From Ostrea edulis (taxonomy: Eukaryota), in the NCBI RefSeq assembly GCF_947568905.1, contig NC_079166.1, forward strand, positions 96,906,001-96,970,000: DNA of 64,000 nucleotides. Reading direction: 5' to 3'. The number at the start of each line of letters is the position of its first letter. Position 1 is the stretch's first letter. Of the stretch, positions 35,274 through 47,889 are shown piece after piece. A model generated the notes under the pieces. The model had not been told where the DNA came from and searched no databases. It saw only the letters and a program-made list of their open reading frames with translations. The translations under genes were made by a program, and so were the position numbers.

Positions 35274-38200
35274 ATGAGTACTCCGAACAGCACTAAAAAG
35301 CGTAGAGCGCGTGTCCAGGGCGGGTGGGCGGCGCCCACAAATGTGCGTTCTGATAGGGATAAGCCGAAAGCGCCAGTGGGACCGGCCTGGCTGGGGAAAA
35401 ATGTCGATCAACCGGTACAACGAAAGTTTGTTTATGAAAAACCTGAAGAGGTTTGTGCTTTATCATCATGCACTATACACTGTTATATTTATTTATCTAT
35501 TTGGGGAGGCAGACAGATATGTAAGATTTCCTGTTTATCTTTAGTTAGGTCTAGTCACTATAGGCCCTATTCAGTACTTTAACTTTTTACTGTACTAGTA
35601 CATTGCATTGCATAATATTGATGGCAGTGTTTGGTATTTGTTGTTGTTGGGTTTTTTTTAATGCATTATCATGATTCTTTTAATTTTCAATTACAGGATA
35701 ACAGGGCAATTCCTCCAGAAAAAACTATTAGGTATGTTACTAAAGTATCTATAGTATTTATTACTGTGTTACGTAAATTGTAGGAGTATGGAGATTCTTT
35801 CCTCGTTAACCTTCCAGTTTGATTGTCAGAGCACCGAACTGTCACCCCAAGTTCTCAGCAGAGGCACAGTTTCTTTTACATTTGGCTCCCATCTTGGGAC
35901 TCTTGTATACTCTCTGATGGGTGAAAGTGATTGCCCATTATGGAACTTTGCCCCACAGGTGTTGGCACTCCAATGTCGTAATGTCAAACACGATAAACCA
36001 ACTCTTATTCGTGGCAGCTTTATTTCATAATTTGTTAGTGATGAACTATTTCATGATGACGGATTTCCACGACTGAGATTATTTTAAATGTACAAGAAAC
36101 AATAAAGGACAGGTTCATGACATACGTGGGATCTCTGTCAGTATTGACAGTACATGCAGTGACTATATAATAATTCTCAATGCTGAGGTTCTGGCCAATG
36201 TCACGAAACTTTCACACACACTTTTAGTTGGTTTACAATATATGGCCTTCCTACACTAGCTCTGGCTAGTGAGTTAAACCTTTCATTAACTCTATTGGTA
36301 GAGCAGACAAAATTAAAACATATTTAAGTCAGAGACAATGATTCTCCATGCATTTTATTTCAGTAAGACTGGAGTGTATGACATAAGCTCAGAGCCATCG
36401 GGAGTGTCAAGGTTAGTTGTCAAGGGCATGAATTTTATTTACTGTAAATATGGAAATTCATTTACACTAAATACGCGATTACAAGATTCTCGTGTAAATT
36501 ATCTCCACCCTTACTGTTCCCATTATCACAATTCACCTTTGAATTAGAACGCTTTACCCGATATAGTATTGCGTTGTGTGACGACACAATTGAATGAGAC
36601 GATTGAACAATTTGAATGACATGTTTGATGTAATACAACAAGAGTTTTCATTGGCCGATTTCTCGAGCGGATTCAGTGTAGCTGGAGAACTGTACATAGC
36701 TCTCTGAAAAGATCCACCTCTTATAGAAACCTTCGATTTATGGGTCACAAAAAGCTGCGGATGGTTGAGGCCTGATATTTGTGTATCCTTGTGTTGCTGT
36801 CTCATAAACTCAATATAAAAAAATCATATTTTCCTACTATATACTTGTGTCCAAACATACCTTCAAATATTCATTAAAGCCACACACGACCCGGAAACTC
36901 GCAGCTTCAAATGATTTCGTTTGTTGACGTAGCCATGTTAGGTAGCCGGTCAATTCGAACTATTGGTATCTATTCATAAAATTGGTTGTAAGTTATGTAT
37001 TCGCTCTTCATGTATTATCAACACGAATTAATAGAAATTAAAACATTTTTTGTACCAGTTTTTGTAAAGGTAAAATAAGCTCTTGATTAATGAAAATGCT
37101 ACATAAGCCCATTAGATGGAGGCCGGCCGGCGCGGCCGCCCATGACTAGGCCTAATGAAAGCCACATTGCCGTGAGTTTAGCTATTTGAATAATTATCAT
37201 TTGATAGGACTGAAGTGGTATATTATTTAAACTATTTAGCTAAAATATTTGTGGGGTATTAGTACACATCTAGACGCTATTGTGCCAGTATGGAAATGAA
37301 CCGGGATTCGAATTGACTGGTTACCTAACATGGCTACGTCTACGAATGAAATCATTAAAAGCTGTGATCGAGTTTTCGGGTCGTATGGGGCTTTAATAAA
37401 TATTTGAAGGTATGTTTGGACACAAGTATAGTAGGAAAATATGTTAGGAATTTTTTTGATATTAAATTTATGAGACAACAACACAAGAATACAACTTTTT
37501 CTCTGTCTTCCTTTGAAGTTTTTTTCCCGTCATGTTTTCAAATGCTGACTACTCCCGTATAAGGGAATTTGGGCGGACTTATATATATGGACCAATGAGA
37601 CTTTCTGTTGCATTTCACAATTGTATTACAAACAAATTCAATTGTGCCGTCACACAACGCAATAGTATATCGGGCAAAGCGTTCTAATTCAAAGGTGAAT
37701 TGCGATGATAATACTGAATATGTTGAATATTTAATCCTATACATAATTATGGTTTCAAAGGAAAGATGCATAATTAACAACACAGTGACAATTAATCCAC
37801 ATTTATCAGGTATATCTCACAGTTACAAGTTGTCTCACAGCTTGCAGGTTGTAGTAACTTCTCATTGTCTGATTTTATAGACTGAGGTTTTTTCCTATCT
37901 TTATTGACCCTGAAGAAGGAAATGCAATTTACGATATTCTGTATCATGAGTTACCATGGAAACAAAGAACGGATGTCAAAAAGACGGGGGAATCTTTCTT
38001 GCAGCCGAGACTGACTGCGTGGTATGGAGATCATCCGTATGCATACTCCGGTCTCACCCACCAGGAATGTCCAGAGGTATGAAAACTTCAAATTAGACTC
38101 GAAGAGTTCTGGCCTGGAGGCTATGAAACTTTTTTGAGCACGTTTTATACTCAAACTCCATGCTCTAAATCGTACTCATACTCAAAAGGTTATAAAACTT

Positions 38201-41200
38201 TAATAAAATCATTCTCAAACTCAAAGGGAGTACATGCACATGATTTTTATACCCCCCCCGCAACAAGTTGTGGGGGGGGGTATACTGGAATCGGGTTGTC
38301 CGTCTGTCTGTCCGTCCGTCTGTAGACGCAATGGTTTCCGGGCTCTAAAGCATTATCCTTTTCACCTACCGTCACCATATCATATATATGGACTACCCAT
38401 GGGATGAAGATGTTCCCTATCGATTTTGGGGTCAAAAGATCAAAAGTCAAGCGCACTGGACATTGAAGTAGCAATATGGTTTCCGGGCTCTAAAGCGTCA
38501 TCCTTTTCACCTACAGTCACCATCAGACCTGTGATTCTTCCGTTGGAAGACAAAATCTTCCGAATTTGAGCCCCTCTTCCGTTCCTTCCGTTAAAATGTA
38601 AAATCTTCCGTCATTTCAAATTTTCAACAACAAAAATTTTCTGAGCGCTATTTTTCAATATTGATAAGGAAAAACCCCGAGACAATCGAAAGTCTTTTTT
38701 TTTTTTAATTACGTATTTCCGATCGAGCTCGAGCTTCGCAATATTTGTGTAACTGAAAGTGTTTCCGGTCAAAACAAACCTCACAATTTCGTGTTTAATT
38801 CCATTTATTTCATAAGTATTTGTTGTTTATTTCACCTCAGCATTTGAGATACAGATAAATTGACGGTATATTTACCCGTCCATTCTTTTTCAGGTTTTTT
38901 TTTATCCCGGGATATTCATTAAAGTTTAATATATTTATACTTTGATCAGCTGACTTGCATTTTCTGTTGTTACTTTGCAACTTGTTTTATAAAATCATTC
39001 CATCTGGTTTACCATAAGTGTGTTGCACTTACCGAAAGTGAACATTTGTTATTGTTTGGTACGCTAACTAAATTTCATTCCAGTTTTCTAGTTTCATATT
39101 ACCCTTTTAATTCAAACTAGGAATAGAATAGTAAAATTTCCCCTGTGTTTCACTTGTTCATTCAAAACAACCCTCCTGTATTTATTATAAATCAGTTCAG
39201 CTTATTCTACTTTGCTTGTAATTCTGAATTAAGCATTCTGGAAGACTTCGTAGCCATTGGTAATGTATTGATTATACAAATATTTTAGTGTGATAATTGT
39301 TATAACTTGTTATCTCTGTAATAAATATATAAATATAACAAGTTTTTTTTCCATTTAATTGTGGTTTTTAAGGTATTGACTTAAGAATTATCAATGTTCT
39401 TAACACAAAAAAGGATTTATCAATGTTCTCAACACAAAAAGGATCTGATGATTATGAACTCAGACACTTGTAACACAAAAAAAAACTACTAGTAGCATGA
39501 TTTCATTAGCCAATGAACACACAAAAACAGTAAAAAAAAAATGTCGATAAAAAATCTCCAGTTATCAGACCAAAACTCCAGCTGAAAATTTTCAAATCTC
39601 CAGTTGTGGCATGACAGTTCTGTCACAGGTATGCACCATATCATACATATGGACTACCCATGGGATGAAGATGTTCCCTATCGATTTTGGGGTCAAAAGG
39701 TCAAATGTCATGCGCACTGGACATCGAAGTAGCAATATGGTTCGGTTTGTCATGCCATTTGTTTTTTACACTCAGAAAAGAGGTAGTTTATACCTATTAC
39801 CAACACCCTTTGGGAGATTGGGGTAAGCGGGGGGTATTCTTAGTGAGCATTGCTCACAGTACCTCTTGTTTGAATATGCTGGGGGTTTGCTCAGAGTTGT
39901 TCTCAAAACAGACATGGCTTAGTTTGAGTATGAGTCATCTTCGCTAGCCAAGGGTGATGCTCCACGGTGTAAAAGAAACACCGTGTGAAAGAAACACCAT
40001 ATAAAAGAAACACCGTGTCAAAGAAACACCGTGTAAAAGACACTGTGTAAAAGACACACCGTGTAAAAGACACACCGTGTAAAAGACACCGTGTAAAAGA
40101 AACACCATGGAGCGTCACCCTTGGCTAGCGAAGACGAGTATGAGTACAATAAAAGTTTTACAACCACCAGACCAGAATCTGAATTCAAACATGAACTGTG
40201 CACACCCCGGACACAAAAGGGGGGTTGTTATCTAGATAGAGAGGATGAATGCTAGTGTTAGAAATGAATGAAAAATAGAATAAATTAAGAATAATCGGAC
40301 AAGCTTTTCGTTGTGATTATTGATTTTAATCAGTTTATTATCTGTAATATATATGTTAATTATTATATAAATAATTAACAACTTTCTTATTCAAATTAAC
40401 TTGTAAATATTTGTTTATATATTGTGTCTGATGTGAAATTGTTGCCGTTTCTTAACATAATCTAGGTTACTTAAATAGTTCAGAAGATATTAAATATTTG
40501 TATTCAATTAAATGATCCTGATTTTCAAATGTTTTAATGATGTTTTATTATATTATAGAAAACTGAGACACATTTCAAAAGATCAACTATTGAAAAAAAT
40601 TAATTGATTGTTGTTAGGAATAAAATAATCGATCAATTTTTTATTATAATCGATCATTGGAACAACGCTTATTCTAATAGGTCCTTACCTTTACATGAGA
40701 GTTGGGAACAATAAAATGGCAAAACTATGAATTATTATAAAGACTTTCAGAGTCTTATACAGTGTGTTGAGATCCAACATCTAATGTGGAGGATCCAGGA
40801 AATTTTCACCAGCTGTACGTGTGTCACAATCATGTCATTGTTTTCATCGTTCTACAGTGGCACCCCACCCTGACCATGCTTAAGGATCGTCTGGAAGAAG
40901 TAACGGGAATCCACTTCAATTCAATGCTTGCAAACCTTTATCGTGATGGGCATGACTCTGTGGCCTGGCATTCAGATGATGAACTTTCTCTTGGACCAGA
41001 ACCAACAATCGCATCGCTGTCTTTTGGAGATACGAGGAACTTTGAACTCAGAAAAAAACCTCCTCCTGTAAGAGTTCATCATGTATTTGTTTTAAATCAG
41101 ACCAAATTATAGTACAACTAATTCACTGTTACACCCCCCCCCCCCCCCCCCAGAATCAGCCAAATTATTCGCTAAATTCCCCATAATCAGACCAAATTAT

Positions 41201-42076
41201 AGATAATTTACTGTTACATCAGCCCCAGAATCAGACCAGATTATATTGCAGATAATTTACTGTTTACATCAGCCCCGAAACTTTTTTTCAATAAAATTTT
41301 TGAAATAATTTTCATGGTATATAATATCGATGATATTTGACAGTAAGATGGAGGTCTAAATTGCAATACATTTAAGAACTTTGTAAATTGTTGTTCATCA
41401 AGTTTACAGATTTGTGTTAGGAGTTATCCATGAAATAGGAGCCTCATTATATTAATTCTGTAATAGATTATTACAGTATGTGTAATATATTTGTACAGTA
41501 CCAGTATGTTGTAATATATTGTAATGGGAACCATTTTTACTATGGCCAAAAAAGTGTACCAAGTCTGCCCAAAGTATAAATGAATGGTAAAATTACTTTA
41601 AACTTTATGACGTAATACTAAGGAACAGACCCAGCCCACTAAATATGCAAATGTACAATGACTGGTCCTGTTTTATTCAAACCAGGTACTGAGACTCCCA
41701 GATTATGATCAACACCTTGAAATAGAAAGGCAGTTTGAAATTTTAACAGTTAATTTATTATAGTATAATACTGCATATTTTGGGCAGACTTGGTACACTT
41801 TGCTGCCATAGTCAAAATGGTTCCCATTACATTTTTGGTGCCGTGACCAGGATCAAATGTAACAGGTAGAGAGAAAATGCAACAGACCAGACCGGGATTC
41901 GAACCCGGGCCCCCGAATCTTTAGTCGTGCTCTACCAACTGAGCTAACTGGTCACCAGCGATCGAACCCGGCTGACCGCTACAATATTTATACCCCACGC
42001 AACAAAGTTGCAGAGGATATAATGTTTTTGACTCGTCTGTCAGTCCTTTTTTGTCAGCTCAACTCCTCAGAGACCA

Positions 42077-42107
<31 letters not shown>

Positions 42108-42646
42108 AATAGGACACATTGTATAGATGTGCATATTTCGAGGAAATTCTGATTCAATAATTTTTCTTGGAGTTATGCCCCTTTTAAACTTAGAATTCCA
42201 AGCCCGTCTGTCCTCTTCTTGCAGTAATGCATAGCATTACCATTCATTTTGTGAGGCATTGTCAAGCAATGTTGGAGCGTGGGGTTATGTGAGCTTGCTC
42301 ACTTCTGCTTTCTTACATTGTAAAGTATGTGTAATTTATTTGTATGTGCAATACGTTTGTACAGTTTGTGTGATTTATTTGTACAGTACGTGTAATACAT
42401 TAGTGTGTGTAATACATCTGTACAGTTTGTGTAATTTATTTGTACAGTTTGTGTAATTTATTTGTACAGTACGTGTAATCGCATAATTTGCAGGAGGAGA
42501 ATGGTGATTACACATACATGGAACATATAAAAGTTCCTCTGATGCATGGGTCACTTCTGATAATGGAGGGAGCCTCACAGACAGATTGGCAGGTAAATGT
42601 CTAAATTGATGTGATCAGTCTTACATTGTAATTCTTAGCTCACCTC

Positions 42647-42683
<37 letters not shown>

Positions 42684-43249
42684 TCCATTGCCTGTCATTG
42701 GCGCCGCCGTCGTTGTTGTCATAAACTTTTCACATTTTCATTTCCCTCAGAACCACCTGGTCAATTTCAACCAAACTTGACACGAATCATTCTTAGGTGA
42801 GGGGGATTCAAGGGCTATACCCCATTTGAAGGGGCGATAATCACAAAAATTCAAAATAAGGTGGGGTCATTTAAAAATCGTTTACTCAAGAACCACTGGG
42901 CCAGACAAGTTCAAATTTACATGGCAGCTTCCTGACATAGTGTGGATTCAAGTTTGTAAAAAGCATGGCCCCTGGGGGTGGGATGGGGCCACAATAGGGG
43001 ATCAAATATATATAGGGAAAATCTTTAAATATGGGCCAAGGTAACTCAGGTGAGTGATGTGGCCCAAAGGCCTCTTGTTTTTTCTCATGTGTCATTAAAG
43101 TGTAACTTGTGAACTTAATCTTTTATTTGCAAATATAAATGCCAAATCTCATTGATATTGCTTTGTATTTTCAGCATCGAGTACCGCGTGAATACCATGA
43201 TAAAGGTCCCAGAATCAACTTGACATTTAGAATTATATATCCCCAGTAG
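35274..43249 (+). CDS. ALKBH3: AlkB homolog 3, Fe(II)/2-oxoglutarate dioxygenase, 279 aa, 7 exons
   Basis: Exons 35274-35450, 35697-35731, 36364-36411, 37881-38076, 40858-41067, 42494-42592 and 43175-43249; 840 nt, phases consistent. KRRARVQGGWAAP, QPRLTAWYG, WHSDDE (HxD), RKKPPP|EENGDYTY, DWQ|HRVP and RINLTFR. Confidence 0.96.
36521..37712. repeat. Nested long inverted repeats in ALKBH3 intron 3
   Basis: 36521-36595 pairs with 37636-37712; 36782-36960 pairs with 37307-37493. Confidence 0.85.
38266..39870 (+). mobile_element. Pearl/HINE-type element interrupted by a 1.1-kb insertion
   Basis: 5' hairpin ttatacccc..ggggtata, gtcc/gtct microsatellite, two ~146-bp core repeats, 3' hairpin gtgagcattgctcac plus ctcttgttt. 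Confidence 0.75.
38524..39633. mobile_element. Non-autonomous DNA transposon with a 6-bp TSD (hAT6-like)
   Basis: TSD CACCAT at 38518-38523 and 39634-39639; termini CAGACCTGTGA/TCACAGGTATG; the uninterrupted site is visible in the upstream core repeat at 38371. Confidence 0.8.
39936..40136. mobile_element. 201-bp Mutator-type MITE with an internal ~17-bp tandem repeat
   Basis: ~33-bp TIRs (tcttcgctagccaagggtga..ctcca.ggtg); perfect 9-bp TSD AGTATGAGT at 39927-39935 and 40137-40145. Confidence 0.85.
41520..41853 (+). mobile_element. TGT...ACA element with ~55-bp inverted termini followed by a tRNA-His primer-binding site
   Basis: TGTAATGGGAACCATTT...AAATGGTTCCCATTACA (41520-41831), then TGGTGCCGTGACCAGGAT (41836-41853), complementary to the 3' end of invertebrate tRNA-His as I recall it. 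Confidence 0.7.
41858..41983 (-). mobile_element. 126-bp LTR-like unit containing a tRNA-like sequence (Helenus-type TRIM LTR)
   Basis: TGTAGC...GTTACA ends; internal A box TAGCTCAGTTGG and B box GGTTCGAATCC; D and T arms pair, anticodon arm degenerate. Confidence 0.7.
41988..42310 (+). mobile_element. Pearl/HINE-type element
   Basis: ttataccccacgcaacaaagttgc 5' end, gtctgtc motif, 3' hairpin gtgagcttgctcac. Confidence 0.65.
42633..43082 (+). mobile_element. CvA/Pearl-like element
   Basis: ttagctcacctcagccgaaggctcaagtgagc 5' end and ctcaggtgag.gatgtggccca..ggcctcttgtt 3' end. Confidence 0.75.
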
Positions 43250-44524
43250 TGTAATGCATCCTCTCTTCTGTGACACACCTCCGTTAAAAATTAATAGGTG
43301 TGATCTGAATTTGTCTCGTAAGATTGACGTTTTAAGAATGTACAATGAAAATGCACGGAAATTAATTAAGTAACCATTGTATTTCTATATGAATATATAT
43401 GGTATGTAAACCTTTACCACTTTATTGGCATCAGACAAGGGGATATTTTGGTGCCCTTTCTTTTTTACAGCTGGTGTGATTACATGTCATGATACTAAAC
43501 AAAGTGCTTATGTATAGTGAAGCCTACCTATATCTGTAGAAATTCAATAATTTCACAAAAGTTACTGGTTAAATTTTTATAGATGGGCAATTAACTATTA
43601 TACTGTATTTCTTACAATTATATAGCTTTACTTTCAACTGTCAGTTGAATTTAATCAGGTTTTGTGTAACTGGGTTTTGATTGGTGACTGTATATTTTGC
43701 ATGATTTTTGACTAGAGTATCACGCTCTTTATGATGAAAGGTGTGATATACTTTTGACTGTAATCTTTTATTTGATCCACAGTGCTGTTGTCATTGTGAA
43801 TAAACTTAAACCTCTGTGTCTCTGGGGTGTATCAATAAGATACAGTTGAACTTCAGTATCTCGAACGTCGATATCTCAAATACCATGACTTGCACCCATC
43901 AATATATTCACTTCCTGTTTCTGGATATTTCTCGTTTAGAGGCCGGAGTAAATGTGTTACAGGTTGTTTTGTTTGTTGTGTGATTTAATTTAAAACTACA
44001 GAAAATTCATATTTGTAAAAAAAAAAGTATTGGAAGCACATTTACATGACTGAGGTATTAAATTATGCTATTTATATTGTAGGCTTACATGCTATTGTCT
44101 TGCTTGTGATGAAAATGTCTGAGAATTGTTTTCTTTTCTTATTACGACTTTTAAATGAAATATTTATTACTTTGTATACACCAGACGCTGAATTCATGTA
44201 CGCTTCTGTAACATATGTTCTTCTACACATCTGTAGCATAATGTGCTGTCTTATTATGTAATTAGAGGTTGGTGTATTTGTGGGAGGAGGGATTTGTTAC
44301 TTTGTATACACCAGGCACTGAATTCCGTGTATTTGTGGGAGGTTCGTGTATTTGTGGGAGGAGGGATTTGCAGATGAGTAATAAAGTGTGGGCATTTGTT
44401 GACTTTATTTGATTTATTCTATTTTGATATATTGTATGGTTAAAGACTACATAGTATTACCATTGAATGGTATGTATATTTGTTTTATGAATTAAAACAC
44501 TTGTACTGCTTGCCCAAGTTGTAC

Positions 44525-44895
44525 GTGTATTGATGAATGGATTCAGGGGTGCGTGTATTGATGAATGGATTCAGGTGTACATGTATTGATGAATGGATTC
44601 AGGTGTACGTGTATTGATGAATGGATTCAGGTGTATGTGTATTGATGAATGGATTCAGGTGTATTGATGAATGGATTCAGGTGTATGTGTATTGATGAAT
44701 GGATTCATGTGTATTGATGAATGGATTCAGGTGTATGTGTATTGATGAATGGATTCATGTGTATTGATGAATGGATTCAGGTGTATGTGTATTGATGAAT
44801 GGATTCAGGTGTATGTGTATTGATGAATGGATGCAGATGTATGTGTATTGATGAATGGATTCAGATGTACATGTATTGATGAATGGATTCATGTA
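44525..44895. repeat. 28-bp (and 22-bp variant) minisatellite
   Basis: Unit gtgtattgatgaatggattcaggtgtat. Confidence 0.95.
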
Positions 44896-45020
44896 CAGAG
44901 CGTATATTACTTGTTAATTGCTGCACATAAGAGTTTCACAATTTTTTTTAATAGATTATCATATTTTTAACTAATATCACCAGAAAATTCCCTTCAAATG
45001 ATGGTACGATCTGTGTTTAA

Positions 45021-45309
45021 GGAGGTTAATGCTACACCATCATAATGGCTGACTTCCTTATAAAACATGAATGGAAATATAAATGTCACCAATATTAGTA
45101 TATTCCTTTTCAATTTAATTCCCTAACTCAGTAGGTTATCATGTTGACTGCTGAAATGTATATTTTTTGTTCAAGTCCAGCAGGTATTAAATTTTTTAAG
45201 ATAATTGCTTTCTACTAAAACTGCATTTTTTGACTAGATAAAGTAAATTTGAAAGTTTTCAATTTTAAAATGTTATTGTACATACTCGCTAGCTTAGTGT
45301 TAGTCCTCC
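45021..45309. mobile_element. TTAA-flanked MITE (Kolobok-like termini)
   Basis: TTAA|GGAGG...CCTCC|TTAA; same family as 58182-58505. Confidence 0.75.
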
Positions 45310-45354
45310 TTAATCTAACATCATACACAGTACTCACTGCTATTTGAGGCATAA

Positions 45355-46935
45355 CCATGGTATTTAACCCTGAGTTGTATTGACTGACTGGTGACAGTTA
45401 CTGGTCAGGCTCTGAGTTGTATTGACTGACAGGTCACAGTTACTGGTCAGGCTCTGAGTTGTATTGACTGACTGGTGACAGTTACTGGTCAGGCTCTGAG
45501 TTGTATTGACTGACTGGTGACAGTTACTGGTCAGGCTCTGAGTTGTATTGACTGACTAGTCACAGTTACTGGTCAGGCTCCGAGTTGTATTGACTGACTG
45601 GTGACAGTTACTGGTCAGGCTCTGAGTTGTATTGACTGACTGGTGACAGTTACTGGTCAGCCTCTGAGTTGTATTGACTGACTGGTGACAGTTACTGGTC
45701 AGGCTCTGAGTTGTATTGACTGACTGGTGACAGTTACTGGTCAGGCTCTGAGTTGTATTGACTGACTGGTGACAGTTACTGGTCAGGCTCTGAGTTGTAT
45801 TGACTGACTGGTGACAGTTACTGGTCAGCCTCTGAGTTGTATTGACTGACTGGTGACAGTTACTGGTCAGGCTCTGAGTTGTATTGACTGACTGGTCAGG
45901 CTCTGAGTTGTATTGACTGACTGGTCAGTTACTGGTCAGGCTCTGAGTTGTATTGACTGACTGGTGACAGTTACTGGTCAGGCTCTGAGTTGTATTGACT
46001 GACTGGTGACAGTTACTGGTCAGGCTCTGAGTTGTATTGACTGACTGGTCAGGCTCTGAGTTGTATTGACTGACTGGTCACAATTACTGGTCAGGCTCTG
46101 AGTTGTATTGACTGACTGGTGACAGTTACTGGTCAGGCTCTGAGTTGTATTGACTGACTGGTCAGGCTCTGAGTTGTATTGACTGACTGGTGACAGTTAC
46201 TGGTATTTAACCCTGAGTTGTATTGACTGACTGGTGACAGTTACTGGTCAGGCTCTGAGTTGTATTGACTGACTGGTCAGGCTCTGAGTTGTATTGACTG
46301 ACTGGTCACAATTACTGGTCAGGCTCTGAGTTGTATTGACTGACTGGTGACAGTTACTGGTCAGGCTCTGAGTTGTATTGACTGACTGGTCAGGCTCTGA
46401 GTTGTATTGACTGACTGGTGACAGTTACTGGTATTTAACCCTGAGTTGTATTGACTGACTGGTGACAGTTACTGGTCAGGCTCTGAGTTGTATTGACTGA
46501 TTGGTGACAGTTACTGGTCAGGCTCTGAGTTGTATTGACTGACTGGTGACAGTTACTGGTATTTAACCCTGAGTTGTATTGACTGACTGGTGACAGTTAC
46601 TGGTCAGGCTCTGAGTTGTATTGACTGACTGGTCACAGTTGCTGGTCAGGCTCTGAGTTGTATTGACTGACTGGTCACAATTACTGGTCAGGCTCTGAGT
46701 TGTATTGACTGACAGGTCACAGTTACTGGTCAGGCCCTGAGTTGTATTGACTGACTGGTGACAGTTACTGGTCGGGCTCTGAGTTGTATTGACTGACAGG
46801 TCACAGTTACTGGTCAGGCTCTGAGTTGTATTGACTGACTGGTGACAGTTACTGGTCAGGCTCTGAGTTGTATTGACTGACTGGTGACAGTTACTGGTCG
46901 GGCTCTGAGTTGTATTGACTGACTGGTCAGGCTCT
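45355..46935. repeat. 42-bp minisatellite, ~38 copies with higher-order variants
   Basis: Unit ctgagttgtattgactgactggtgacagttactggtcaggct; recurring 27-bp deletion units and ggtatttaaccc variant units. Confidence 0.97.
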
Positions 46936-47428
46936 TAGAGCCTCCTGTTTCCTGACGGATGCAAAATAAAGGATGCACACTTCCAATATATGTATATGAC
47001 TAAACCAAAAGGCGCTGGTGAGCAAAATATTTGGTACAAATCTCCTTCCCTGGAAATCTCCTAAAATGATATTTAACCACCACAAGTATTTTTTTGCATT
47101 GATGGAGCAAAATACAAGCAGACGAATCTACAGACTTGATAAGATGACTGTTTTACATTCAGATAACACGCACACATTTACAGCACTAAGAATATCACTT
47201 GTGTGTATACGAATCCTGCTGCAGTTGCTGATTTGGCAGAAATTTCCATTTTTATATGCCCCCATTATAGACCTATAGTATTATGGTATATAGCATTGTG
47301 TGTGTCTGTTTGTGCTTTCATCCATCTCTTAGCAATCTGCACGGGTCAGACAAAATCTTTGCTGATACATGTTCCAAATGATTAGACAAAGAAACTTAAT
47401 TGTTTTTAAGGTCAAAGTTACATGGGTG

Positions 47429-47830
47429 TGTAGCGGTCAGTCAGGCTGGAACGGCCAGAAGCCCAGTTGGTAGAGAACCTGATTAGAGATTCAGGGAGCC
47501 TGTGTTTTAATCCCAGTCTGGTCCATTGCATTTTCTTCCTATTACATTTGGTGCCATTGACCACCCTTGGACTTGTAGGTGACAGTCCTGTTACATTTGG
47601 TGCTGTTGACCACCCCTGGACATGTAGACAGTCATGTTACATTTGGTGCTGTTGACCACCCCTGGACGTGTAGGTGACAGTCCTGTTGCATTTGGTGCCG
47701 TTGACCACCCATGGACGTGTAGACAGTCCTGTTACATTTGGTGCTGTTGACCACCCTTGGACTTGTAGGTGACAGTCCTGTAACATTTGCTGCCATTGAC
47801 CACCCCTTGACGTGTAGGTGACAGCTAGTC
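47429..47830 (+). mobile_element. Diverged tRNA-containing LTR-like unit, PBS-like sequence and 46-49-bp tandem repeats of the LTR/PBS junction
   Basis: TGTAGCGGTCAG...ATTACA (47429-47546), then TTTGGTGCCATTGACC; gttaca-tttggtgc repeated about 6 times. Confidence 0.7.
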
Positions 47831-47889
47831 CTGCCAGGAGTGAAAACATCTAGTTTGTGTATCTTCAAGGACAAAGACAATTTTTAAAA

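Noticed and set aside
41895-41960. Functional tRNA gene
   Set aside because: The anticodon arm does not pair properly, and the sequence is embedded in a repeated TG...CA unit.
45355-46935. CRISPR-like appearance of this and other regular arrays
   Set aside because: Units are contiguous with no unique spacers, no cas genes are present, and the context is eukaryotic.
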